Positions 1 through 7,970 of a stretch of 20,138 bases of DNA are shown in pieces. Within the stretch, counting starts at the first letter, position 1. Every line of letters begins with the position of its first letter. The DNA is from a virus. The stretch spans positions 1 to 20,138 of IMG/VR virus record IMGVR_UViG_3300036770_003386, one strand, 5' to 3'. A program made the translations under genes and the position numbers. Below the pieces are notes generated by a model. It did not search any database. It was not told the origin of the DNA and saw only the letters and a list, made by a program, of their open reading frames with translations.

Positions 1-72
1 TTTCCCACTACGAGTCATTAAAGATCCTTGTCTTGCCTCTTCTTCTTTCAAAAACTGACTAAAAGACTTCAT
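1..72 (-). CDS. 5' end of a gene running off the window (MKSFSQFLKEEEARQGSLMTRSGK...); probable internal head/virion protein
   Basis: Hand translation from ATG at 70-72, open to base 1. Preceded by late promoter TATAAATA (95-102) and an A-rich leader. N-terminus resembles the T4 internal-protein capsid-targeting sequence MKTYQEFIAE. Not in the ORF track. Confidence 0.75.
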   Translation of the reverse strand, partial: MKSFSQFLKEEEARQGSLMTRSGK

Positions 73-94
73 GTTTCTTTCTTACTTTTTTAGT

Positions 95-102
95 TATTTA
101 TA
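95..102 (-). promoter_or_regulatory. T4-type (gp55) late promoter TATAAATA
   Basis: Exact T4 late consensus on the minus strand, 22 nt upstream of the ATG at 72, fused to the terminator U-tract. Confidence 0.8.
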
Positions 103-126
103 AAAAAGAGGGTTGGTTAGACCCTC
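102..126 (-). terminator. Rho-independent terminator
   Basis: Minus strand GAGGGT-CTAACCA-ACCCTC followed by TTTTTT, just downstream of the stop at 152. Confidence 0.8.
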
Positions 127-151
127 TGATGTGTTAGTTTGGGAAGTGAAC

Positions 152-1024
152 TTATTTCACTACTCCAAGTCGTTTTGCATTAGCATCACCACCCAATGCG
201 TTATATCTTTTTCTAGCTGCTTCCGCATCAGAATCTTCAAGAATACTTTCTCTCCACTCTTCACTCATATTTGCCATGATTTGAAGTGCTGCTTCTTCAG
301 TATCGGCATAACCTTCATCGAGAAGATGACCTTTGATTAGGTCGAAAACATCAAATGATGATGAGATATTTCTAATCGACCCCATTGCTGCCATTTTTTT
401 AATATCACCCTTTATCTGATCTGGAGCATATCCAGTTTGATAACCAAAAGTTCTCTGCATCAGAGGATTAAAGGTTCTTTGAGGAGCAGCAGGAGTGGTT
501 GCTGGAGCGGTTGTAGTTGTAGGAGTAGCAGTCGGTCTTGCACCACCTTGTGTTGCTACTGGTGCTGCAGGTCTTGCAGGTGCAGGAGCAGGAGCAGCGG
601 GTCTTGCTAGGGCAGGTGCTGCGGGTCTTACAGGTGCTTGTGCTGCAGGAGATGGTTGTACTCTAAGTGCTTTAGGAGAAGAACTAGTTTGGGTAGCATT
701 TCTATTTCTTCCAGTGCCTCTCATACCTCCCATACCACCACCAGCAGGGCGAGTTGCTTGTGGAGCTGGTCTTGCTGCTGTTTGTGCTTGATCGCGCTTA
801 GGTGCAGTCATTTGACCAGTAGTTGGTCTAACAATTTCATCCAAATATGCCTCATACATCTCTTCCCAAGTATAATCACTCAGGTCATAACCCTCTTCCA
901 CAAGCGAGTTGACCCACGATTCAACTTCTTCCCAGATTTGTTCTTCTGTGAGTTCTTGGGGAGCATAAACGGCACTGTATGCTTCCATCAAATTGGCAAC
1001 GTCGTTTCCAGTAATTCTAGACAT
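152..1024 (-). CDS. Hypothetical virion/internal head protein: acidic N- and C-terminal 'EGY' modules flanking a Pro/Ala/Thr-rich linker
   Basis: 290-aa ORF with a late promoter upstream (1053-1060). Modules 'LVEEGYDLSDYTWEEMYEAYLDE' and 'LLDEGYADTEEAALQIMANMSEEWRESILE' are of a type I recognise from T4-like cyanophage hypothetical/virion proteins. Several (I/L)xE potential prohead-protease sites. Confidence 0.7.
   Translation of the reverse strand: MSRITGNDVANLMEAYSAVYAPQELTEEQIWEEVESWVNSLVEEGYDLSDYTWEEMYEAYLDEIVRPTTGQMTAPKRDQAQTAARPAPQATRPAGGGMGGMRGTGRNRNATQTSSSPKALRVQPSPAAQAPVRPAAPALARPAAPAPAPARPAAPVATQGGARPTATPTTTTAPATTPAAPQRTFNPLMQRTFGYQTGYAPDQIKGDIKKMAAMGSIRNISSSFDVFDLIKGHLLDEGYADTEEAALQIMANMSEEWRESILEDSDAEAARKRYNALGGDANAKRLGVVK
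561..650 (-). repeat. Imperfect coding tandem repeats (RPAAP x3) in a GC-rich low-complexity linker
   Basis: Protein reads PAAQAPVRPAAPALARPAAPAPAPARPAAPV; plus strand has repeated gc(t/a)gc(a/g)ggtctt units. Confidence 0.7.
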
Positions 1025-1051
1025 TTCGTTATTTTTTAGTTCTTTATAATT

Positions 1052-1231
1052 TTATTTATAAAAAAGAGGGTCTTTATGACCCTCAAAGTTATTTTTCAAC
1101 CATTCTTTTTCATAATCATAATCACCAAAAAGAAACTCGTCAGATTCTGCTGCTTCTCTATAAGCATTCAGAATCTCTTCTTCACACCATTCATCATAGT
1201 TGGAATCCTGAGAAAGTATCTTTGGTAACAT
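1052..1231 (-). CDS. Small acidic hypothetical protein overlapping the nrdB 3' end (MLPKILSQDSNYDEWCEEEILNAYREAAESDEFLFGDYDY...)
   Basis: ORF track 1052..1246; the ATG at 1229-1231 is the more likely start (59 aa). Protein-like composition, and it fills the gap between nrdB and the terminator. Confidence 0.55.
   Translation of the reverse strand: MLPKILSQDSNYDEWCEEEILNAYREAAESDEFLFGDYDYEKEWLKNNFEGHKDPLFYK
1053..1060 (-). promoter_or_regulatory. T4-type late promoter TATAAATA
   Basis: Exact consensus 28 nt upstream of the ATG at 1024, fused to the terminator U-tract. Confidence 0.8.
1060..1084 (-). terminator. Rho-independent terminator ending the nrdAB transcript
   Basis: Minus strand GAGGGTC-ATAAA-GACCCTC (perfect 7-bp stem) followed by TTTTTT. 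Confidence 0.85.
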
Positions 1232-2375
1232 CTTGTTTAATCCCACCTACTATGTAGGACTCCACTTCCACTTCTTGTGGTGCCACTTGAAGACCTTTAG
1301 AATCTAACCAATGAGAAGTCCAAGGAAGGGGATTATTCTTTGCAGGAATATCATAAAGTGGTTTGAGTCCAATTGCTTTTATTCTACGATTCGCAATCCA
1401 TTCAACATACTGTTGTAACAGTTTGTCATTCAGACCGATCATAGAACCATCCTTGAACAGATACTCTGCCCAAAGTTTCTCTTGATTGACAGCGTTCTCA
1501 AAGGTCTTGTAGACCCATTGCTCTTCTTCTTTACAGATTCTTGCCATCTCAGGGTCATCACCTTCCTTCCACTTATTCAGGATATTCTGAGTAATGACCA
1601 AGTGCTGATTCTCATCTCTAGCAATCAGAGAGATGATTTTTGCACTTCCTTCCATAAGTTTGAGTTCGCCAAAAGCAAAACTGCAAGCGAAACTGACATA
1701 AAAGCGAATACCTTCAAGAATATTAACGTTTGCAACTGCTCGGAACAGTTTACGTTTGAGTTCATATCTTGCCTCTTGTGCGTATGGGACTTGTTCTAAT
1801 GCATGAACCCACTCATTTGAATTGTCATAATGATGAGCACTGTTGATGAAGTCATTATATGCCTGAGTAACACTCACGGCACGTTCTAAAATACGGTCAT
1901 CTCTGAGAATAGTATCAAAAACTTCAGATGGGTCTGAATAAACATTTTTGATGATATATGTGTATGAGCGACTATGAATCATCTCCATAAATTCCCATAC
2001 CTTCATACATGCTTCCAGTTCTGGAAGGGAGCAGTATGGAGCAAATGCCATACCAGGTCCTCTTCCCTGAACTGAGTCCAACATAATTTGATACTTCAGA
2101 TTTGAAGTAAAAATATGTTTTTGTTCTGGGCGAAGTGTTTGATAATCTCCACGATCTTTTTGTAGAGAAATCTCTTCGGGTCTCCAAAAATATCCTAATT
2201 GCTGTTGAGTTAGTTTATCGAAAATTGGATATTTGTAAGAATCATATCTTTGGATTCCTAGTGGAGCACCAAAAAACATTGGTTGCTTTTTGGTATCTAC
2301 TTCTTGAGAGTTAAAGACGGTCATTGATTCGACCATATTTTTCTCCTGCGAATTGGTTTTGAAACTAAAAGTCAT
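1194..2375 (-). CDS. nrdB: Class Ia ribonucleotide reductase beta subunit
   Basis: Motifs FWRPEE, LDSVQGR, EMIHSRSY (radical Tyr), LEGIRFYVSF, IARDENQH, and C-terminal APQEVEVESY. SD AAGGAG upstream of the ATG at 2375. Confidence 0.97.
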   Translation of the reverse strand: MTFSFKTNSQEKNMVESMTVFNSQEVDTKKQPMFFGAPLGIQRYDSYKYPIFDKLTQQQLGYFWRPEEISLQKDRGDYQTLRPEQKHIFTSNLKYQIMLDSVQGRGPGMAFAPYCSLPELEACMKVWEFMEMIHSRSYTYIIKNVYSDPSEVFDTILRDDRILERAVSVTQAYNDFINSAHHYDNSNEWVHALEQVPYAQEARYELKRKLFRAVANVNILEGIRFYVSFACSFAFGELKLMEGSAKIISLIARDENQHLVITQNILNKWKEGDDPEMARICKEEEQWVYKTFENAVNQEKLWAEYLFKDGSMIGLNDKLLQQYVEWIANRRIKAIGLKPLYDIPAKNNPLPWTSHWLDSKGLQVAPQEVEVESYIVGGIKQDVTKDTFSGFQL

Positions 2376-2418
2376 AATTCTCCTTACTAAACTAACTCAA
2401 CTGTAATATTTAACGAAA

Positions 2419-4719
2419 CTAAATTGTGCAACTTTCACAAGATTCTTCATCGGCATTAGAAAGTTCTTGAAGAAGTGATTGAAGGTCTTGTTTTGGTTCT
2501 TCTACCACTTCATCAGACTTAATATCATAAGTGTTTTGATAATATGCTGTCTTGTGCCCTAATTTGAAGCAAGTTAACATATCCTGCGCCATTACGCTAA
2601 CAGGGACTTCATTATCCGGATAATTCTCTGGGTTATAGGACCAGTTTCCACTAATCGCTTGATCGAAGAATTTTTGCATAACAGCAACAATATTGATGTA
2701 ACCACGATTGCTAGGCATATCCCACAGAAGTGTATAATTGTTTTTAAGTGTTTGATACTGTGGAACAATTTGTTTGAGTGGTCCCTTCTTACTCTTTTTA
2801 GTGGACAGGTATCCGCGAGGAGGTTCGATTCCGTTTGTGGCATTTGACACAACGGAACTGCTCTCCGAAGGCATCTGTGCGGACAGTGTTGAGTTCCTAA
2901 CTCCATATTGTAGAACTCGCTGCCTAAGACTCTCCCAATCATACTTCAACTCGTTTGGAACAATTTCATCTACATCCTTCTTGTATGTATCAATGGGAAG
3001 AACTCCTTGCGAGTACTTAGTCCGATAAGAATACTCACAAGCACCTTTCTCTTTCGCAAGATTGACTGTCGCATCAATCAGATAATATTGGAATGCTTCA
3101 GTCAGATCGTGTACTAGTTTCCACGCATTAGGATCATCATATTTTACGCCGTGCTTGGCGAGATAATGTGCTAGACCAATATAACCTACTCCAAGCGAGC
3201 GGCGATTTCTGGTGAAGTTCTCCGCTGCCTTTACGGGGTAATTTTGATAATCAATAATTTCATCCAAAGCACGAACTGAAAGATCACAAAGTTCCCTTAT
3301 ATCATCAAAGTGCTTCACTTTTCCAACATTTATTGCCGACAAAATGCAAGTTGCAATTTCTCCGTTATCATCGTCAATATGTTGAATTGGAGTCGTCGGT
3401 TCAGTAATCTCCATACAAAGATTACTCATATTAACCTTATCTAGATAAGAACTATGAGAATTGCAATGATCAATATTCATAATGTAAATACGACCAGTTT
3501 CTGCTCTCTCTTTTAAGAGATCCAAAAAGAGTTCTTGAGCACTGATAGTTTTTCTTGGAATAGACTCATCTCGTTCATAACAAACATATAACTCGTCAAA
3601 TCCATCAGTGCCAAAAGCATCATACAACCCAGGAACATCGTGTGGAGAGAAGAGTGTGATTTCTTTGTTACTAATGAATCTTTCATAGAATAACTTGCTA
3701 ATTTGAATACCATAGTCTAATTTACGAACACGATTATCTTCAGTTCCCTTATTATTTTTCAATACAAGAATATCTTTTATTTCTTGGTGCCAGATTGGAA
3801 AGAAGCAAGTAGCACTTCCACCGCGAATCCCGTTTTGTGTACAACATCTGACAGTTGCCTCAAACTTTTTGAGGAATGGGACAACACCCGTATGCTGAAC
3901 TTCTCCACCTCTGATTTTAGAGTTGATTCCACGGATGCGACCTGCGTTGATACCAATTCCCGCTCTTTGAGAAACATAGCGACCAATTGCCATATCAGAG
4001 CTGAAGATGCTATCAAGGGTGTCATCAACATCAACAAGAACACAACTTGCAAATTGGCGAAGTGGGGTTCTAACACCCGCCATGATTGGTGTAGGAATGT
4101 TGATTTTGTGCTTTGAGATTGCGTCATAATACTTTTTAACGTAATCTAGACGGGTTTCTTTAGGATACTTTGAGAAGATAGTCGCAGCAATCAAAAGATA
4201 CATAAACTGTGGCGTCTCATAAAGTTCACCAGTGCTACGATCCTGGACCAGATACTTATCAACTACTTGGCGGAGACCAGCATAAGTAAACAAATAATCT
4301 CTATCGTGCTGAATAAAAGACTCCAAACGCTCAAATTCTTCGTCATTGTATAAGTTAAGAATTTCGGCATCATAGACACCTCTACCAACGGCACGAAGGA
4401 CGTGCTGCTTGACTGTGGGGCACTCGTGCATACGACCAAACAACTGCTTGCGGAGGGCGAACAGAAGCAGGCGTGCGGCAACGAATTGATAGTTAGGATG
4501 GTCCAGGTCAATCAAATCCGAAGCAGAACGAATCAGAATCTCCTGGATTTCTGCCGTCGTAATGCCATCATAGAATTGAATACCCGATTTCATCTCAACT
4601 TGACTTGCAGAGACCCCTGCAAGATCCTTACACGCTTCTTCCACCATTACATGGAGTTTATTCAACTCCAATACTTCAGTGGCACCATTTCTTTTAATAA
4701 CTTTTGTACCGTTACTCAT
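2419..4719 (-). CDS. nrdA: Class Ia ribonucleotide reductase alpha subunit (with ATP cone)
   Basis: N-terminal VIKRNG ATP-cone, PTPIMAG, QFASC, SNLCMEI (thiyl Cys), MPSESSS, NATNGIEP, YY pair, C-terminal CESC. Start moved to the ATG at 4717-4719, which overlaps the primase stop (ATGA). No intein or intron seen. Confidence 0.97.
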   Translation of the reverse strand: MSNGTKVIKRNGATEVLELNKLHVMVEEACKDLAGVSASQVEMKSGIQFYDGITTAEIQEILIRSASDLIDLDHPNYQFVAARLLLFALRKQLFGRMHECPTVKQHVLRAVGRGVYDAEILNLYNDEEFERLESFIQHDRDYLFTYAGLRQVVDKYLVQDRSTGELYETPQFMYLLIAATIFSKYPKETRLDYVKKYYDAISKHKINIPTPIMAGVRTPLRQFASCVLVDVDDTLDSIFSSDMAIGRYVSQRAGIGINAGRIRGINSKIRGGEVQHTGVVPFLKKFEATVRCCTQNGIRGGSATCFFPIWHQEIKDILVLKNNKGTEDNRVRKLDYGIQISKLFYERFISNKEITLFSPHDVPGLYDAFGTDGFDELYVCYERDESIPRKTISAQELFLDLLKERAETGRIYIMNIDHCNSHSSYLDKVNMSNLCMEITEPTTPIQHIDDDNGEIATCILSAINVGKVKHFDDIRELCDLSVRALDEIIDYQNYPVKAAENFTRNRRSLGVGYIGLAHYLAKHGVKYDDPNAWKLVHDLTEAFQYYLIDATVNLAKEKGACEYSYRTKYSQGVLPIDTYKKDVDEIVPNELKYDWESLRQRVLQYGVRNSTLSAQMPSESSSVVSNATNGIEPPRGYLSTKKSKKGPLKQIVPQYQTLKNNYTLLWDMPSNRGYINIVAVMQKFFDQAISGNWSYNPENYPDNEVPVSVMAQDMLTCFKLGHKTAYYQNTYDIKSDEVVEEPKQDLQSLLQELSNADEESCESCTI

Positions 4720-5687
4720 ATTTTCTTCCAATTGTTAAACTTGATTTTTGCTTCTAAACCAGAGTAGATATTTGATTTTAACACATCCATAACATTAAGT
4801 CCAGCAAGCACCATATCGTTAATGTCCTTTTGCTGAATGGTTGTAGGCCAAATAACTATTTTGTCACCTCTATTAATGGTTTTTGATATTCGGTTGACGA
4901 TTTCTCGATTACGTGGTTCGTTATCAAAAACGTAAATATAATTGCACCAACCAAACGACCTAATATCAATGTCGGACCCACACATAGCAACAGCATTTTG
5001 TATAAACGTGGAATCGAAGGGTCCCTCAACGATGTAAATGGATTTTGAAATATCAATTTGGTCCAATCCATAAATTTTTGGTGCGTCATCAGAAAGCATC
5101 ACAGTGATATATTTAACAGAGTTTGAACCTAGTGCTCTTCCTTGAAATCCAATTAGATTACTATCAGTATCATACATTGGTATAATAATGCGACTTTCAT
5201 CCATACCAATATTATCAAAAGTGTGTTTTTGAGTGTTAGACCACTGTTTGAATTTGTCAGCAAAATAAAACTTTTCTGGATTGAGTTTTCTTTTTTCCAA
5301 ATATTCTTTAGCAACTGGATTAGTGGATGCCTTAGGTAAATCTAACTTCTTCTTGAAAACTGGTTTAGTAAACTCAAACTTCGGTTCTTCTACTACAAAG
5401 TTTTTACCAGTATGCCCTTCCTTAAATTTTTCTAAAGTATATTGCTTATGAAGAAATGGATCTAATTCCTTAAGAAAATTATTGAAAGATAAACTAGCAC
5501 CACAGTTATGACACTTAAAGTTAGTGTTATTCTTTACAGGGTATAAATATCCCCTTGCCTTACTTTTATTGCGTTGAGAGTCACCACAAATAGGGCAACG
5601 GAAGTTGTAGAGATCTGCCTTAACTCTCTTAAATTTTTGTAGTCGTGATGAAACGAGTCCAATATACTTGGAGTCAATCAGATCCAT
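4716..5687 (-). CDS. gp61: DNA primase (T4 gp61-like)
   Basis: Zinc ribbon FRCPICGDS...FKCHNC, GFQGR, and TOPRIM motifs VEGPFDS, FDNEPRN, KDINDM. Confidence 0.95.
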   Translation of the reverse strand: MDLIDSKYIGLVSSRLQKFKRVKADLYNFRCPICGDSQRNKSKARGYLYPVKNNTNFKCHNCGASLSFNNFLKELDPFLHKQYTLEKFKEGHTGKNFVVEEPKFEFTKPVFKKKLDLPKASTNPVAKEYLEKRKLNPEKFYFADKFKQWSNTQKHTFDNIGMDESRIIIPMYDTDSNLIGFQGRALGSNSVKYITVMLSDDAPKIYGLDQIDISKSIYIVEGPFDSTFIQNAVAMCGSDIDIRSFGWCNYIYVFDNEPRNREIVNRISKTINRGDKIVIWPTTIQQKDINDMVLAGLNVMDVLKSNIYSGLEAKIKFNNWKKI

Positions 5688-5699
5688 TATAAGGTGCTA

Positions 5700-6113
5700 T
5701 TACTTCGCTCTTTCTATTCTAACAGGTTGTGGGTCAGGAGTCAAGAAATCTACTACAAGATGTGATTGAGAAATTGCAAATGTTACCACCGCAAAAACTC
5801 CAACAACAATCCAGCGATACTTTACAAATTCTTCTACTTTAATTTCTAATTTTTCAATTCTTTTTGATACCTCTTCATGCTGTTGTTTATTTTCGACTTT
5901 TAGTTCCTCAATAAGTCTACTAATATGATCATCAGATTTGTTACATTGTTCTATTTTTTCTTCGTGAACTGCAAGCATTTTACTGATGTTTTGACTTGTT
6001 TTTCCCATCAATTGAATTGCTTCATCAATTCTTCTCATCATCATTTCATACGATGACAAACGCTCTTCTAAAACAGCAATTTTGGTGTCCGATGAGGTGT
6101 TTTGATTAAACAT
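5700..6113 (-). CDS. Conserved hypothetical protein: coiled coil plus a C-terminal transmembrane helix
   Basis: 137 aa with heptad-like helices, then hydrophobic YRWIVVGVFAVVTFAIS. Late-promoter-like AATAAATA at 6164-6171. Confidence 0.7.
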   Translation of the reverse strand: MFNQNTSSDTKIAVLEERLSSYEMMMRRIDEAIQLMGKTSQNISKMLAVHEEKIEQCNKSDDHISRLIEELKVENKQQHEEVSKRIEKLEIKVEEFVKYRWIVVGVFAVVTFAISQSHLVVDFLTPDPQPVRIERAK

Positions 6114-6166
6114 GATTGGAAGAATATGAGTTTGCTACCTTAATTACATAACAAATCTACTAATAT

Positions 6167-6415
6167 TTATTTTTTAATATATTTCTTCTTAGTATTTATT
6201 AATGCTGACTTATAAGGTGGTGGCAATCTTCTGGCAACTTTACTTCTACCATCAAACAAAGGTTTATCATATCCAGCAGTCGGTCCAGGATCAAATCCCT
6301 GAGCACTACCACCAAATCCAGCCTTACCTGCAGCACTTGCAGTTGTCATTGCCATTTCTTCACGTATATCTCTAACAATAGAAATAAGTTTATCTATTTT
6401 ATCCATTTTACCCAT
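6167..6415 (-). CDS. Small hypothetical protein (Gly/Ala-rich middle, basic tail)
   Basis: 82-aa ORF whose ATG overlaps the upstream stop (TAATG), implying translational coupling. Confidence 0.7.
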   Translation of the reverse strand: MGKMDKIDKLISIVRDIREEMAMTTASAAGKAGFGGSAQGFDPGPTAGYDKPLFDGRSKVARRLPPPYKSALINTKKKYIKK

Positions 6416-6795
6416 TAAATTTTTTCCAATAATGTGAGACAGTCTTGATCTTCTTGGATTGTATTGATAAAAGTTTTTGGATATTCTGGTATACGATTCA
6501 AAAAAATTAAAAAACTTTTAATTATAGACCAATGAGATTGATCTAAATTATAAAACAATAAAGGAATAGTAGCATCATTAAAAATATTAAACAACACTAT
6601 AAGATGATTTAATATTAAATGGACTTTTAAATCGCTAATATTTTTGGTTTTTTTATAGCGATTTAAAAGTCTCTTAACATATTTAAACCTTTTTAAATCA
6701 TTATCAAAATCCTCTTTCGTTATTGATTGAGGATTATCATAATTCTTTATAGCAAATATTAAATAATTATCTTTATTCAGTTCATCAAATCTCAT
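6415..6795 (-). CDS. Conserved T4-like phage hypothetical protein (FAIKNYDNP...DLKRFKYVKRL...LILNHLIVLFNIF)
   Basis: 126-aa ORF; motif pattern recognised as a widespread hypothetical family of T4-like environmental phages located near primase. Confidence 0.75.
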   Translation of the reverse strand: MRFDELNKDNYLIFAIKNYDNPQSITKEDFDNDLKRFKYVKRLLNRYKKTKNISDLKVHLILNHLIVLFNIFNDATIPLLFYNLDQSHWSIIKSFLIFLNRIPEYPKTFINTIQEDQDCLTLLEKI

Positions 6796-6809
6796 AATTT
6801 ATAAATTTA

Positions 6810-7670
6810 TCAAGCGTATGTAATTGTTCCTACACCAGAAGTCACTGAAGTATCACCAGAAGCAATTACAACCTTATACTCTCTACCATCATCCTTGTCA
6901 CTGTCATTTGCAACGGTAAGAACAGTAGTTGCAGAACCAGAGTAATCTCCACTATCAGAAAGTGCTGTAGTATCCTCATACCACTGATAGGTAAGTGGAG
7001 CATATGTTGGATTGACTGAAACTGCCACAGTAAATGTAGCATTTCCATCAGTTGCAACTCCAACTGCATCTACCACATCAGTAGTGATAGTAATCGTTGG
7101 ATCTGGGAATCTTGTGTCGTCATTAGCATCAGTTCCTGCGGAAGCACTAATATTTCCAGCAACTAATACTTCAGACTTAACTCTTAAGTTTCCGTGGGTA
7201 TCAACATAAGTAGTAACTCCAACCCATCCACTGTGAGAAACTGCATAAGCAGCTGCCTTTCCACCAACAGTAATTGTTGCTGCAGCACCAACTTCTTCTG
7301 CGCTTACGCCAAAAACACCAGTAAAGTATGGATTAGCAGAGTATCCAGAAGTTTTTGATTCTGGTGCTTTATAAGTAGAATCACCAAGTGTATAAATTGG
7401 TTCTTCAGAAATGTTGTATGTAGAACCAGAAACAGTTGTTAATCCACTTACAAATCCAGCGGTAGAAGCAATTGATAATGTGGTTGATGTAACACCAGTG
7501 ACAACTGCATATCCATAAGTCGCACCAGCACCAACGGTAATCACATCACCAGCGGAAACTGCAGAAGTAAATGTAACTACGCCAGTCGTACCAGTAATTG
7601 AATTTGTTCCAAGATTAACATTGACGGTTCCAGCAGAATAAACTGAGTCTTTATTGCCCCAAAGAGCCAT
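6810..7670 (-). CDS. Virion structural/decoration protein ('MALWG' type) with C-terminal Ig-like domain
   Basis: MALWG start, HSGWV...LRVKSEVLVA motif, Thr/Gly/Val-rich beta-type composition. C-terminal ATFTV...LTYQWY...LTV...DDGREYKVVI has an I-set Ig pattern. TATAAATA at 7701-7708. Confidence 0.8.
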   Translation of the reverse strand: MALWGNKDSVYSAGTVNVNLGTNSITGTTGVVTFTSAVSAGDVITVGAGATYGYAVVTGVTSTTLSIASTAGFVSGLTTVSGSTYNISEEPIYTLGDSTYKAPESKTSGYSANPYFTGVFGVSAEEVGAAATITVGGKAAAYAVSHSGWVGVTTYVDTHGNLRVKSEVLVAGNISASAGTDANDDTRFPDPTITITTDVVDAVGVATDGNATFTVAVSVNPTYAPLTYQWYEDTTALSDSGDYSGSATTVLTVANDSDKDDGREYKVVIASGDTSVTSGVGTITYA

Positions 7671-7700
7671 GTTTCTTACCCTATAATTTCTTTATATTGA

Positions 7701-7708
7701 TATTTATA
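7701..7708 (-). promoter_or_regulatory. T4-type late promoter TATAAATA
   Basis: Exact consensus 30 nt upstream of the ATG at 7670, again fused to a terminator U-tract. Confidence 0.8.
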
Positions 7709-7740
7709 AAAAAAAGAGACCTTATAAAAAGATCTCTTTT
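7708..7740 (-). terminator. Rho-independent terminator (possibly bidirectional)
   Basis: Minus strand AAAAGAGATCTT-TTTAT-AAGGTCTCTTTT continuing into a long T tract. Confidence 0.65.
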
Positions 7741-7756
7741 ATCTAAAATATTTATT

Positions 7757-7930
7757 TTATTTTTCAGGTTTAAATAATAATTCCTTAACAGTAGCAAGAA
7801 TCATGTTATCAATACTATTATCTGTAGTATTAACATATTTTTCAAGAAGTTCAATTACAAGATTTTTAACTGATGGGTGTGTTGCAATTCTAATTAATAA
7901 AGGTTTTACAACCGCTACAATTAAATCCAT
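7757..7930 (-). CDS. Small conserved amphipathic protein, 57 aa (MDLIVAVVKPLLIRIATHPSVKNLVIELLEKYVNTTDNSIDNMILATVKELLFKPEK)
   Basis: Hand-translated; below the ORF-track cutoff. Strong SD GGAGGA and late-promoter-like CTAAATA (7961-7967) upstream. The 'LLE.Y..TTDN.ID' motif is of a type seen in cyanophage small proteins. Confidence 0.85.
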   Translation of the reverse strand: MDLIVAVVKPLLIRIATHPSVKNLVIELLEKYVNTTDNSIDNMILATVKELLFKPEK

Positions 7931-7970
7931 AATGTCCTCCGTGTGAAGAGTATCTTAATTTATTTAGCAA

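Noticed and set aside
495-791. 98-aa Gly/Ala-rich plus-strand ORF
   Set aside because: Antisense shadow of the Pro/Ala/Thr-rich linker of the 152..1024 gene; no start signals.
6795-6812. Palindromic AATTTATAAATT / TATAAATT before the 126-aa gene
   Set aside because: A one-mismatch late promoter too close to the ATG in very AT-rich DNA; not distinguishable from chance.
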